Of a DNA stretch of 64,000 bases, positions 26,173 through 34,485 are shown one piece after another. A model generated the notes under the pieces. That model saw only the letters and a list, made by a program, of their open reading frames with translations, did no database searches and was not told the origin of the DNA. Numbering within the stretch: position 1 is the first letter of the stretch; each line of letters opens with the position of its first letter. The translations under genes and the position numbers were made by a program. The DNA lies in the NCBI GenBank assembly GCA_963707935.1, contig CAVPRN010000005.1, positions 1,426,837 through 1,490,836 on the forward strand, written 5' to 3'. Source of the DNA: an uncultured Acidobacteriota bacterium. Its GTDB lineage: Bacteria > Acidobacteriota > Thermoanaerobaculia > UBA5066 > Gp7-AA6.

Positions 26173-28044
26173 ATGAAACGCAGAACGAGAATCGGATGGA
26201 CCTGGGCGGCCGCCGCGGCCGTCGTGGTCGCCGCGGCGCTCTCGGGGCGGTGCGCCCCCTCGGCCCCGAAAGCGGCGAAGAAGGCCGCGGCCGGCGCCTC
26301 GGACCTGGCCGTCGCGGCACAGAAGACCTACGTCGCGCCGGGAGACCTCGACGAGTTCTACATGTTCGCCTCGGGCGGGCACTCGGGACAGGTCTACGTC
26401 TACGGGATCCCGTCGATGCGACACCTCTCGACGATCCCCGTCTATACCCCCTACCCCGCCACCGGCTACGGCTTCGACGACGAGTCGAAAGCCATGCTCG
26501 GAAGCCTGACGTGGGGGGACGTGCATCATCCGTCGCTCTCGGAGACGGGCGGCGACTACGACGGCCGCTGGCTCTTCGTCAACGACATGAACGGCCGCGT
26601 CGCACGCGTGGATCTGCGCGATTTCAAGACGAAGCAGATCCTCGGCCCCCTGCCCAACGTCTCGGGCAACCACGGCTCGGCCTTCGTCACGCCGAACACG
26701 GAGTACTCCATGATGGCGTCCCGCTTCTCGATCCCGATCCCGAAAGGGACCTCCGTGCCGATCGAGAAGTACGCGACCGACTACAAGGGCGTCCTCGTGG
26801 GCGTGAAGATCGACCCGAAGAGCGGCCAGATGTCGCTCGGCTGGGAGATTCTGACGCCTCCGTTCGACTGGGACCTGGGCGACGCCGGCAAGAAGGTCTC
26901 CGACGGCTGGATGTTCTGGACCGCCTACAACACCGAGCGCGCCACCGGGAAGCTCGAGGTCACTTCGGCCCAGCGCGACCGCGACTACATCGCGGCCGTG
27001 GACTGGCGCGCCGCGGAGAAAGCGGCGGCCGAAGGGAAGGGCGACATGATCGGCGGCGTCAAGGTCATCGATCCCGGGAAAGTTCCCGGTGTCGTGTACC
27101 TGATGCCCTGCGGCAAGTCGCCGCACGGCGTCGACGTCTCCCCCGACGGCAAGTACATCGTCGGCTCGGGCAAGCTCCAGGGCGTCACGACCGTCTTCAA
27201 CTTCGAAAAGCTCCAGACCGCGATCCGCAACAAGGACTTCACCGGGGACGAGGATGGCATCCCGGTCATCAAATACGAGTCGATCAAGGACGCCGAAGTT
27301 CCGGTCGGACTCGGGCCCCTGCACACCCAGTTCGGCCCCGACGGCTTCGCCTACACCTCGCTCTTCGTCGATTCCGCCATCGCCAAGTGGAAGCTCGGCA
27401 CCTGGGAAGTCGTGGACAAAGTCCCGATGTCCTATTCGATCGGGCACCTCGCCGCGGCGGAAGGCGACACCTGCTCGCCCAAGGGCAAGTACCTGGTCGG
27501 CCTGAACAAGCTCTCCCACGGCCGGCACCTCTCGGTCGGGCCCTCGCAGCCCGAAAGCTCGCAGCTCGTGGACATCACGGAAGAGAAGATGAAGATCCTG
27601 ATGGACGCCTTCACGGAGCCGGAGCCGCACTACGCGCAGATCGTCTCGGCCTCCCGCTTGAAGCCGATCGAGGTCTATCCGAAGGAGGAGAACAAGCACC
27701 CGCTCGCGATCTGGGATGTCAAGGACGCGGGCGTCACCCGTCAGGGCAACGAAGTCACGGCCAGGGTCGTGCTCGTCCGCTCGACGATCTCTCCGACGGC
27801 GATCGAGGTCAACCAGGGAGACACGGTCAAAGTCGCGATGACGAATATCGAGCAGACGACCGACGAGCTCCACGGCTTCGGTCTGCTCGACTACAACATC
27901 AACATCGTCGTGGATCCCGGCGAAACCAAGACCGTCACCTTCAAGGCGGACAAGGCCGGGGTCTTCCCCTACTACTGCACGAATTTCTGCTCGGCGCTGC
28001 ATCAGGAGATGCAGGGGTACCTGATCGTGAAGGGCAAGTCGTAA
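26173..28044 (+). CDS. nosZ: nitrous-oxide reductase NosZ, clade II (atypical) type
   Basis: 623 aa. GAAGGAGG RBS. DLDEFYMFASGGHSGQVYVYGIPSMR, several His-containing propeller motifs, and a CuA site DELHGF..CTNFCSALHQEM. nosB lies immediately downstream, and no nosR or nosX is present in the window. Confidence 0.95.
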   Translation: MKRRTRIGWTWAAAAAVVVAAALSGRCAPSAPKAAKKAAAGASDLAVAAQKTYVAPGDLDEFYMFASGGHSGQVYVYGIPSMRHLSTIPVYTPYPATGYGFDDESKAMLGSLTWGDVHHPSLSETGGDYDGRWLFVNDMNGRVARVDLRDFKTKQILGPLPNVSGNHGSAFVTPNTEYSMMASRFSIPIPKGTSVPIEKYATDYKGVLVGVKIDPKSGQMSLGWEILTPPFDWDLGDAGKKVSDGWMFWTAYNTERATGKLEVTSAQRDRDYIAAVDWRAAEKAAAEGKGDMIGGVKVIDPGKVPGVVYLMPCGKSPHGVDVSPDGKYIVGSGKLQGVTTVFNFEKLQTAIRNKDFTGDEDGIPVIKYESIKDAEVPVGLGPLHTQFGPDGFAYTSLFVDSAIAKWKLGTWEVVDKVPMSYSIGHLAAAEGDTCSPKGKYLVGLNKLSHGRHLSVGPSQPESSQLVDITEEKMKILMDAFTEPEPHYAQIVSASRLKPIEVYPKEENKHPLAIWDVKDAGVTRQGNEVTARVVLVRSTISPTAIEVNQGDTVKVAMTNIEQTTDELHGFGLLDYNINIVVDPGETKTVTFKADKAGVFPYYCTNFCSALHQEMQGYLIVKGKS

Positions 28045-28054
28045 CCACGGGCAT

Positions 28055-28086
28055 CGGAGGGCGAGGCGCGATCGCTCCGCCCTCCG
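28055..28086 (+). other. stem-loop between nosZ and nosB
   Basis: CGGAGGGCG ... CGCCCTCCG forms a 9-bp stem. The 14-nt loop is itself partly palindromic (GCGATCGC). No T-tract follows. Confidence 0.35.
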
Positions 28087-28108
28087 GTTCCGATCCCCGG
28101 AGGATTCC

Positions 28109-28758
28109 ATGAAGGCCTACTTCGAGCGCAGCAGCCGGTTTCTCCAGACGCCGCTGGACGTGGCGCCGCGCGCCCTCCTGCTCGCGGCCGTGCTGCTCCT
28201 CGTGGCAGCGACGCTCTCCCCCTCTGGAAGCTGACGATGTTCGCCCCGCAGTACCCGGAGGGGCTGCGCATGGAGATCTACAGCTACAAGCTCGACGGCG
28301 GCAACGCGGGGCAGGACATCCGCGAGATCAACGTGCTCAACCACTACATCGGCATGAGGGAGCTCTCGACGGCGGAATTCACGGAATTCAAGTGGATCCC
28401 CTTCGTCGTCGGCGCGCTGGCGCTTCTCTGTCTGCGCACGACGGTGCTCGGGAGGATGGGAACCCTGGTCGATCTCTTCGTGCTCTACATCTACTTCGGG
28501 CTTTTCTCTCTCTGGTCGTTCGGCTACAAGCTCTACGTCTTCGGGCACAACCTCGACCCGAAGGCGTCCGTGAAGGTGCCGCCGTTCATGCCTCCCCTCT
28601 TCGGGTCGAAGAAGCTCGCGAACTTCGAGGTCTACTCCTACCCGGCGTTCGGCGCGTATGCCCTGGCCCTCGTCGCCGCGGTCCTCGGGTTGGCGCTTTG
28701 GGCGGCCTGGCGGCAGGGGCGCTCCGAGGAGGCCGCGGAAGCGCGTTCGGCGGGATGA
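28109..28758 (+). pseudogene. nosB: NosB-like integral membrane protein; frame break near 28220 (C-run)
   Basis: MKAYFERSSRFLQTPLDVAPRALLLAAVLLLVAATL | PLWKLTMFAPQYPEGLRMEIYSYKL...; the multi-TM rest of the protein is intact. It sits directly after clade II nosZ. The stop overlaps the nosD ATG. Confidence 0.7.
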
Positions 28759-30071
28759 ACCTCGCTCTGCTCCTTCTGCTCTTCGAGCTTTCGCGCACGA
28801 CCGCCGCCGGCGCCGTTTCGCCGCTCCAGGCACGCGTGGACGCCGTGCCGGCGGGCGCGCGCCTCGAGGTCGGGCCCGGCGTGTATGCCGGCGATCTCCG
28901 GATCGACCGGCCGCTCACGCTCGTCGGGCGCGGCCGGCCTCTTCTTCTCGGCTCGGGGACGGGCACGGTCGTCACGATCTCGGCCGACGCCGTTGCCTTC
29001 GAAGGCTTCGACATCGACGGCCGGGGCGGCGGGGATCTCGGCCGCGACTCCTCGGGCATCTTCGTCGCGGGCAAGCGGGCCGCGATCCGCTCCTGCCGCA
29101 TCCGCGGCTCCCTCTTCGGGATCTACCTCCGCGAGGCGGACGGCTCGACGGTCGAGGAGTGCCTTGTGCGCGGGGTCGAGGGCAAGGATCCGGGCGAGAA
29201 GGGGTCCGGGTTCCACGTCTGGAACACGCAGGGCTTCCGCCTCGCCGGCAACACGGCGGTCGGCGTGCGCGACGGCTTCTACATCCAATCCTCCTCGCAC
29301 GGCGAAATCGTCCGAAACACGGCGCGGGACCTGCGCTACGGCCTCCACTACATGTTCTCGGACGACAACGTCTTCGAGGACAACACCTTCGAGAACGGCG
29401 CCGCGGGCACCGCGCTCATGTACTCGAAGCGGATCGTGTTCCGGCGCAACCGCTTCCTGCACAACCGCGGCTTCGCCTCGGTCGGCCTCCTGCTGAAGGC
29501 CTGCGACGAGGTCACGGCGGAGTCGAATCTGATCGCCGACAACGCCCGCGGGATCTTCCTCGAGGGCTCCTACCGCAACGTTTTCCGCGGCAACGTCGTG
29601 GCCGAGTCCGACACGGCGATCGTCCTCTACGACTCGTGCGGGGAGAACCGGTTCGAGGGCAACTCCTTCTTCGCGAACCTGACGCCGCTGACCCTGATCG
29701 GCCGCCGGACCGACACGGTCTTCGACGGCAACTACTGGTCGGAGGCGGGCGAGCCCGATATGGATGGCGACGGACGCGCGGACCGGCCCTATCGGCTTTC
29801 CTCGGTCTTCGACCACTTTCGAGGGAATCTGACGGCCGCGGATCTCTTTACGCAGGGCTTCGCGGCCGAGGCCCTGGCGGCGGCCGAGCGCGCCTTCCCC
29901 GTGCTCGAGCCCGTGCCGGTCGAAGACCGCTCGCCGCTCGCCCGGCCGCCGCGGCTTCCGGCGGTTCCGCGAGCGCCCTCGCGGGCCGGGACCGCGCACG
30001 CGGCGGGCCTCGCCGGCTCCGTCGCGGCTTTCCTCGCGGGCGCCGCCGCACTCGTCCGGGGGATCCGGTGA
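28755..30071 (+). CDS. nosD: NosD, periplasmic right-handed beta-helix copper-insertion accessory protein
   Basis: 438 aa. Signal peptide, then repeated beta-helix units (GIFVAG..IRGSLFGIYL..GFHVWN..DGFYIQSS..YGLHYMFS..AGTALMYS..VGLLLKAC..GIFLEGS). Confidence 0.9.
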   Translation: MNLALLLLLFELSRTTAAGAVSPLQARVDAVPAGARLEVGPGVYAGDLRIDRPLTLVGRGRPLLLGSGTGTVVTISADAVAFEGFDIDGRGGGDLGRDSSGIFVAGKRAAIRSCRIRGSLFGIYLREADGSTVEECLVRGVEGKDPGEKGSGFHVWNTQGFRLAGNTAVGVRDGFYIQSSSHGEIVRNTARDLRYGLHYMFSDDNVFEDNTFENGAAGTALMYSKRIVFRRNRFLHNRGFASVGLLLKACDEVTAESNLIADNARGIFLEGSYRNVFRGNVVAESDTAIVLYDSCGENRFEGNSFFANLTPLTLIGRRTDTVFDGNYWSEAGEPDMDGDGRADRPYRLSSVFDHFRGNLTAADLFTQGFAAEALAAAERAFPVLEPVPVEDRSPLARPPRLPAVPRAPSRAGTAHAAGLAGSVAAFLAGAAALVRGIR

Positions 30072-30967
30072 TCCGCTTCGAGGAATTCTCCAAGTCCTTC
30101 GGCGGCAGACTCGCCGTGCGGGGCCTGACCCTCGGGGTCGAAGCGGGCGAAGCGGTGGCGCTCCTCGGACCGAACGGCTCGGGCAAGACGACGACGCTGA
30201 AGGCGGCGGCGGGGCTGCTGCGCCCGTCGGGCGGGACCGTCCGAATCGGCGATCCTCCCCGGCCGGCGCTCGAGCCCGAGGCGCGGCGAGCGATCTCCTA
30301 TCTTCCGCAGCGCGTCCGGTTCCCGGAGTCGCTGACCGCCTCCGAGACCCTCGAGTTCTACCGGCGGCTGCGAGGCGCCCGCCCCGAGCGAATTCCGGAA
30401 GTGCTCCGTTTCGCATCCTTGAACGGGGCCTCCCGCGAGCCGATCGCGACGTACTCGGGGGGCATGGTCCAACGCCTCGGGCTCGCGGTCGTGCTCCTCG
30501 CCGAGGCGCCGATCCTCCTTCTCGACGAGCCGACGGCGGCGCTCGATCCGGACGGCCTCTGCGCCTTCTACGGCCTGGTCGAGCGGCGGCGCCGCGAGGG
30601 ACACACGCTGCTCTTCACGTCGCATCAGCTGGGAGACGTCGAGCGACTCGCGGACCGTTTCGCGCTTCTGGTCGAAGGGAGGCTCGCCGCGGCGTTGACG
30701 CGGACGGAGCTTTCCGACCGGCTTTCCGCGCGGGGCGTCCTGCGGCTGCGCCTCGATCGCCGCCCGCCGGGTCTGCTCGAGCGCCTGCGGGCGCTCTCGC
30801 CCCGCGCCGTGTGGTCGGGCGACGAGCTCATCTGCCCCGGACCCGCGGCCGACCGCCCTCGCGCGCTCGACCTCGTCCGCGAGGCGGGGGCCGAGATCCG
30901 GGGCCTGACGGCGGAGGAGGGGCGGCTCGACGTTCTCTATCGGGAACTCGTCGAGGAGAAGTCATGA
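30068..30967 (+). CDS. nosF: NosF, ABC transporter ATP-binding protein
   Basis: The GTG overlaps the nosD stop (GTGA). Walker A GPNGSGKTT, signature YSGGMVQRL and Walker B ILLLDEP. Confidence 0.9.
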   Translation: MIRFEEFSKSFGGRLAVRGLTLGVEAGEAVALLGPNGSGKTTTLKAAAGLLRPSGGTVRIGDPPRPALEPEARRAISYLPQRVRFPESLTASETLEFYRRLRGARPERIPEVLRFASLNGASREPIATYSGGMVQRLGLAVVLLAEAPILLLDEPTAALDPDGLCAFYGLVERRRREGHTLLFTSHQLGDVERLADRFALLVEGRLAAALTRTELSDRLSARGVLRLRLDRRPPGLLERLRALSPRAVWSGDELICPGPAADRPRALDLVREAGAEIRGLTAEEGRLDVLYRELVEEKS

Positions 30968-31449
30968 GGGCGCGCGCGCGGGTCTCCGCCGCGATCTTCC
31001 TCGTCCTCCTCGCGTGCGGGCGGGGCGCGCCGCCTCCGGCCGAGCTCGACACGCGAAACGAGCTCTGCGCCTTTTGCCGGATGCCGGTCTCGGATCGGCG
31101 CCTGGCCGCCCAGATCCTGTCCCGCGGAGCGGACCCTCGCTTCTTCGACGACCTCGGTTGCCTCGCCGGCCTGCTCGCCCGCGACGGGCGGCCGGCCGGC
31201 TCGGCGATCTACGTGACGGACCACGCGACCGGACGATGGGTTCCGGCGGAGTCGGCCGTCTATACGCGGTCGGCCGTCCTCCAGACGCCGATGGGCTCGG
31301 GCCTGCTCGCGCATGCCGACGTCGTCTCGCGGGACGCCGACTCCGCGGCGCGGGGAGGAACATCTCTCCGATTCGAAGATACTCTCTCAGGCACCGGCCC
31401 GGTTTCCGGAGGCCCGCCGAAGGCGCCGGGCCAGGAGGTGACGCGATGA
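30964..31449 (+). CDS. nosL: NosL, copper chaperone lipoprotein
   Basis: Lipobox VLLACG. CAFCRM motif. ATGA overlap with nosF. Confidence 0.85.
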   Translation: MRARARVSAAIFLVLLACGRGAPPPAELDTRNELCAFCRMPVSDRRLAAQILSRGADPRFFDDLGCLAGLLARDGRPAGSAIYVTDHATGRWVPAESAVYTRSAVLQTPMGSGLLAHADVVSRDADSAARGGTSLRFEDTLSGTGPVSGGPPKAPGQEVTR

Positions 31450-31898
31450 ACAAGGACGTTCCCGAGTCCCTGAAGATCGAGCACGACGAACTGCGCGAGC
31501 AGCTCGACCGGGCCGCCGCCGCGGGCGGGCGCACGGGCGAGGCGGCGCGCCGCGTGCAGAAGGTACTGCGGCCCCACGTCCTCCTCGAGGAGGAGTTCGC
31601 CGTCCCGCCCCTGTCCCTCCTGCCGCGCCTCGCCCGCGGCGAAGTGACGCCCGACATGCGGCGCTTCCAGCACCTGGCCGAGACGCTCAAGGCGGAGCTG
31701 CCGCGGATGCTGGAGGAACACGGGTTGATCGTCGAGGCCCTCCGCGGGCTCATGCAGGCGGCGCAGGAGGAGGGACAGCCGGGGTACGCGCAGTTCGCGC
31801 GCAAGATGATCCTCCACGCACAGACCGAGGAGGAGATCCTCTACCCGGCCTCGATCCTCGTGGGCGAGATCCTCCGGGCGAGGCTCGGAAAACCGTGA
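31446..31898 (+). CDS. hemerythrin-like (HHE cation-binding) domain protein
   Basis: 150 aa. H/E motifs IEHDELRE, LRPHVLLEEE, LEEHG and ILHAQTEEE. It overlaps both nosL (ATGA) and nosY (GTGA). Confidence 0.75.
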   Translation: MNKDVPESLKIEHDELREQLDRAAAAGGRTGEAARRVQKVLRPHVLLEEEFAVPPLSLLPRLARGEVTPDMRRFQHLAETLKAELPRMLEEHGLIVEALRGLMQAAQEEGQPGYAQFARKMILHAQTEEEILYPASILVGEILRARLGKP

Positions 31899-32743
31899 GC
31901 CGGGCCGCGACGATTTCGTCGCCTCTGCTGCTCTGCGCGCGGCAGGAGCTGCGCCTGGCGGCGCGCTCCCGCTGGACCCAGGTGTTCGCGCTGCTTTTCG
32001 GTTTCCTCGCTCTTCTCGTCGCCGGTTCCGGCTACGTCCTCTCGGGAGGGACGGGGATGCAGGACTTCGCACGCACGTCCGCGTCGCTCCTGCAGCTCGT
32101 GCTCCTCCTCGTGCCTCTGACCGCGCTCGTGATCGGCGTCCTGTCGCTCGCACCGGAGCGGGGAGAGGCGGAGCTTCTCTACTCGCAGCCGGTGCCGCGC
32201 GGCACGATCCTGCTCGGGTCGCTCCTCGGGCTTTTCGGCGCGCTCGTCGCGGCGCAGGCCTGCGGGCTCGGTGCCGCGGGGCTGCTGCTCTTCGCCCGGT
32301 CGGGTCCGTTCGGTTTCGGCGCCTATGCCCTCCTCTTCGCCGCGTCGCTGCTCGTCACCGCCATCTTTCTCGGGATCGCCGCGCTCCTCGCCTCGGGCGG
32401 GCCCGGACGGCGGACCCGTTCTCTGGCGCTCGCCGTCGTGGTCTGGTTCACGGTCGAAGTGCTCTTCGACGTGGCGGCCCTGGGAGCCGCGACGCTCCTG
32501 CCGTCGGGAGCCGGCTCGCGGGCGCTGATCCTGGCGGCTCTCGTCAACCCGATCGGGGCGATCCGAACGGGAGCATTGCTCGGCATCCAGGGCACGACCG
32601 CCTTCGGAGCCGCCTCCCTCGCATTCCTGCGCTTCACCCGGGGGCCGGCCGGAGCCGGGGCGCTTCTCCTCGTCTCCGTCCTCCTCTGGGCCGCGCTGCC
32701 GGCGGCGCTCGCGGCGCGCCGGCTCTCCCGCGCCGACCTCTAG
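31895..32743 (+). CDS. nosY: NosY, ABC-2 type permease
   Basis: 282 aa. Six predicted TM helices. It is the last gene of the nos cluster. Confidence 0.85.
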   Translation: MSRAATISSPLLLCARQELRLAARSRWTQVFALLFGFLALLVAGSGYVLSGGTGMQDFARTSASLLQLVLLLVPLTALVIGVLSLAPERGEAELLYSQPVPRGTILLGSLLGLFGALVAAQACGLGAAGLLLFARSGPFGFGAYALLFAASLLVTAIFLGIAALLASGGPGRRTRSLALAVVVWFTVEVLFDVAALGAATLLPSGAGSRALILAALVNPIGAIRTGALLGIQGTTAFGAASLAFLRFTRGPAGAGALLLVSVLLWAALPAALAARRLSRADL

Positions 32744-32820
32744 TCGCGCGAACGCGCACGACGCGGCCGCGCAACCGCGAAATCCGTCGCTTCGCCGCCG
32801 CCGGAGCCTTCCCCTCCGGA

Positions 32821-32836
32821 TGATTCGAGTGCATCA
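32821..32836. promoter_or_regulatory. class A palindrome site (TGATTCGAGTGCATCA)
   Basis: Exact TGAT-N8-ATCA. Its centre is about 43 nt upstream of the ATG at 32872. Confidence 0.55.
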
Positions 32837-32871
32837 GGCACGGCGCCCCGGCGACCTGCCAGACTTGCCCC

Positions 32872-33276
32872 ATGATGGAGCCAGCAAAACCGGTCGTGTT
32901 CGAGTCCCTGTCCCGCCCGGAGGCGATCGACATGCTTCGCACGGCGCTCGAAGGGTTGACCGACCGCGAGCACTGTCTTTGCGAGGCGGCCGGGCGGCTC
33001 GGCGTCTTCTGCGGCGGCTTCCGGGGCCTCTCGGACGAGCAGTTTCGGCAGCGCTTCGACTGGATCGCGCGAAAGCGCCCCGAGGCTTCGCGAGCCGAGC
33101 TCGAGCAGCTTGTCAGCCTCTATCACGCCGGGCGGCAGGAAGTGGCCGGCGCGCGGCTCTGCTGCGACGTCGAGACCCGCGAGCACTGCGCCTGCGACGG
33201 CTGGAACGCCTTCGACAACCGGGCGCTCGAGCGGCTCTGCCGCGAGGTGACTGGCCGCGAGGTTCGGATCCTCTGA
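32872..33276 (+). CDS. conserved 5-Cys hypothetical protein, paralog of 895..1515
   Basis: 134 aa. SRPEAIDMLRTALEGLTDREHCLCEAAGRLGVFCGGFRGL...LCCDVETREHCACDGWNAFDNRALERLC. Confidence 0.7.
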   Translation: MMEPAKPVVFESLSRPEAIDMLRTALEGLTDREHCLCEAAGRLGVFCGGFRGLSDEQFRQRFDWIARKRPEASRAELEQLVSLYHAGRQEVAGARLCCDVETREHCACDGWNAFDNRALERLCREVTGREVRIL

Positions 33277-33295
33277 GACCGGCGGCGCCGGCGCT

Positions 33296-33952
33296 TCAGA
33301 TCAGTTGGTGCTGGTAGGCGAAGACGACCGCCGCGAGCTTGGTGTGCACGTCGAGCTTGTGCAGGATGTTCTGGATGTGGTTGCGGACCGTCACGGGAGC
33401 GATGAAGAGCTTCTTGGCGATCGCCGGCGTGGACAGCCCCTCGGACAGGTGGCGGAGGATCTCCTTCTCGCGCGAGGTCAGCGAGACCGGCTCCCCCTCC
33501 TTCGTCGTCATCGGCCAGAGGGGCTCGCGGACCCCGGCCTCTTCGGCCAGATGCCTCTCGAGAGTCGAAGGCTTCTCGTCTTCCTTGCGCAGGACGTGAA
33601 CGACGGTCGAGAGCGCCGGGTGGTAGCTCGGAATCGAGAAGAGCGAGACGTCGAACCACTGGACTCCCTTCTTTCCGACCTCGATCGCGAGGGGAAAGCG
33701 GTGAACCGGGTCCTTCGGGGCTTCGCGGGCCTGATGCGCGACCGGACAATTGCGGTAGCAGTAGACATTGCCGTGGGCGTCGCGGCCTCCCAGAACCTCG
33801 TAGCAGTGCTTGCCGAGGACGCTGCGGGCGGGCCGTTGGAGCAGCTCCTCGCAGCGGCGGTTCCAGAGAATGATCCGATCAGCCGCGTCGATCGCAAAAA
33901 CGGCGTCGCCGCTGCGAGCGATGCGATCGAGGGCTTCGGAGGCGAAAGGCAC
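33296..33952 (-). CDS. PAS-domain / LuxR(GerE)-type HTH one-component transcriptional regulator
   Basis: 218 aa. PAS domain with a Cys/His-rich segment: GKHCYEVLGGRDAHGNVYCYRNCPVAH. C-terminal LTSREKEILRHLSEGLSTPAIAKKLFIAPVTVRNHIQNILHKL. Confidence 0.88.
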   Translation of the reverse strand: MPFASEALDRIARSGDAVFAIDAADRIILWNRRCEELLQRPARSVLGKHCYEVLGGRDAHGNVYCYRNCPVAHQAREAPKDPVHRFPLAIEVGKKGVQWFDVSLFSIPSYHPALSTVVHVLRKEDEKPSTLERHLAEEAGVREPLWPMTTKEGEPVSLTSREKEILRHLSEGLSTPAIAKKLFIAPVTVRNHIQNILHKLDVHTKLAAVVFAYQHQLI

Positions 33953-34021
33953 CGGTTTCCCCGTCTACAGCCTAGCAGAGCCGACGGGAGTCGGACAATC
34001 GGGACTCGCGGGGCGACGGAC

Positions 34022-34450
34022 CTACGCGGTCTTTCGCCGTCGCGGGGGCCGAACGACGGTGACCGGCCGGCGCGAGACGTAGACGAGGCGGAGAGCCGTC
34101 CCGCCGAGGACCCATTCGTTCAGGGTGTCCCGCCCCTCGCTGCCGACGACCACCAGATCCACCTTGAGCCGATCGGCCTCCCGGGAGATCGTCTCCGGAA
34201 TCGGAGCTCCCGGGCGCGTCGCGACGAAGTGGAACCGCGCCCGAACCCGTTCCCGGTGGGCGCGTTTCGAGGCGTTCCGGAGAATCTTCTCAGCGCGACC
34301 CCGAAGGCCGTTCTCCGAAGAATCTCCGACCTTCCGTTCGACCGTCAGCACGATCAACTCGGAGTCGGAATGGCCCGCCGCCAGCCGGGCCGCGAATCGG
34401 ACGGCAGCCGTCCCTCCCCGGGAACCGTCGGTCGCCGCAAGAATCCGCAT
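34022..34450 (-). CDS. universal stress protein (UspA family)
   Basis: 142 aa. MRILAATDGS...DLVVVGSEGR..LGGTALRLVYVSRRPVTVV. Confidence 0.88.
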   Translation of the reverse strand: MRILAATDGSRGGTAAVRFAARLAAGHSDSELIVLTVERKVGDSSENGLRGRAEKILRNASKRAHRERVRARFHFVATRPGAPIPETISREADRLKVDLVVVGSEGRDTLNEWVLGGTALRLVYVSRRPVTVVRPPRRRKTA

Positions 34451-34485
34451 CGAGCCAAGGCTAGCCTGCGCGAGTCTCCCGGAGG

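Noticed and set aside
26173-26270. The NosZ N-terminus contains KRRTR, which could be read as a Tat signal and therefore a clade I enzyme.
   Set aside because: There is no S/T-R-R-x-F-L-K context. The CuA motif is CTNFCSALHQEM, nosB follows, and nosR and nosX are absent from the window. All of this fits the Sec-dependent clade II type.
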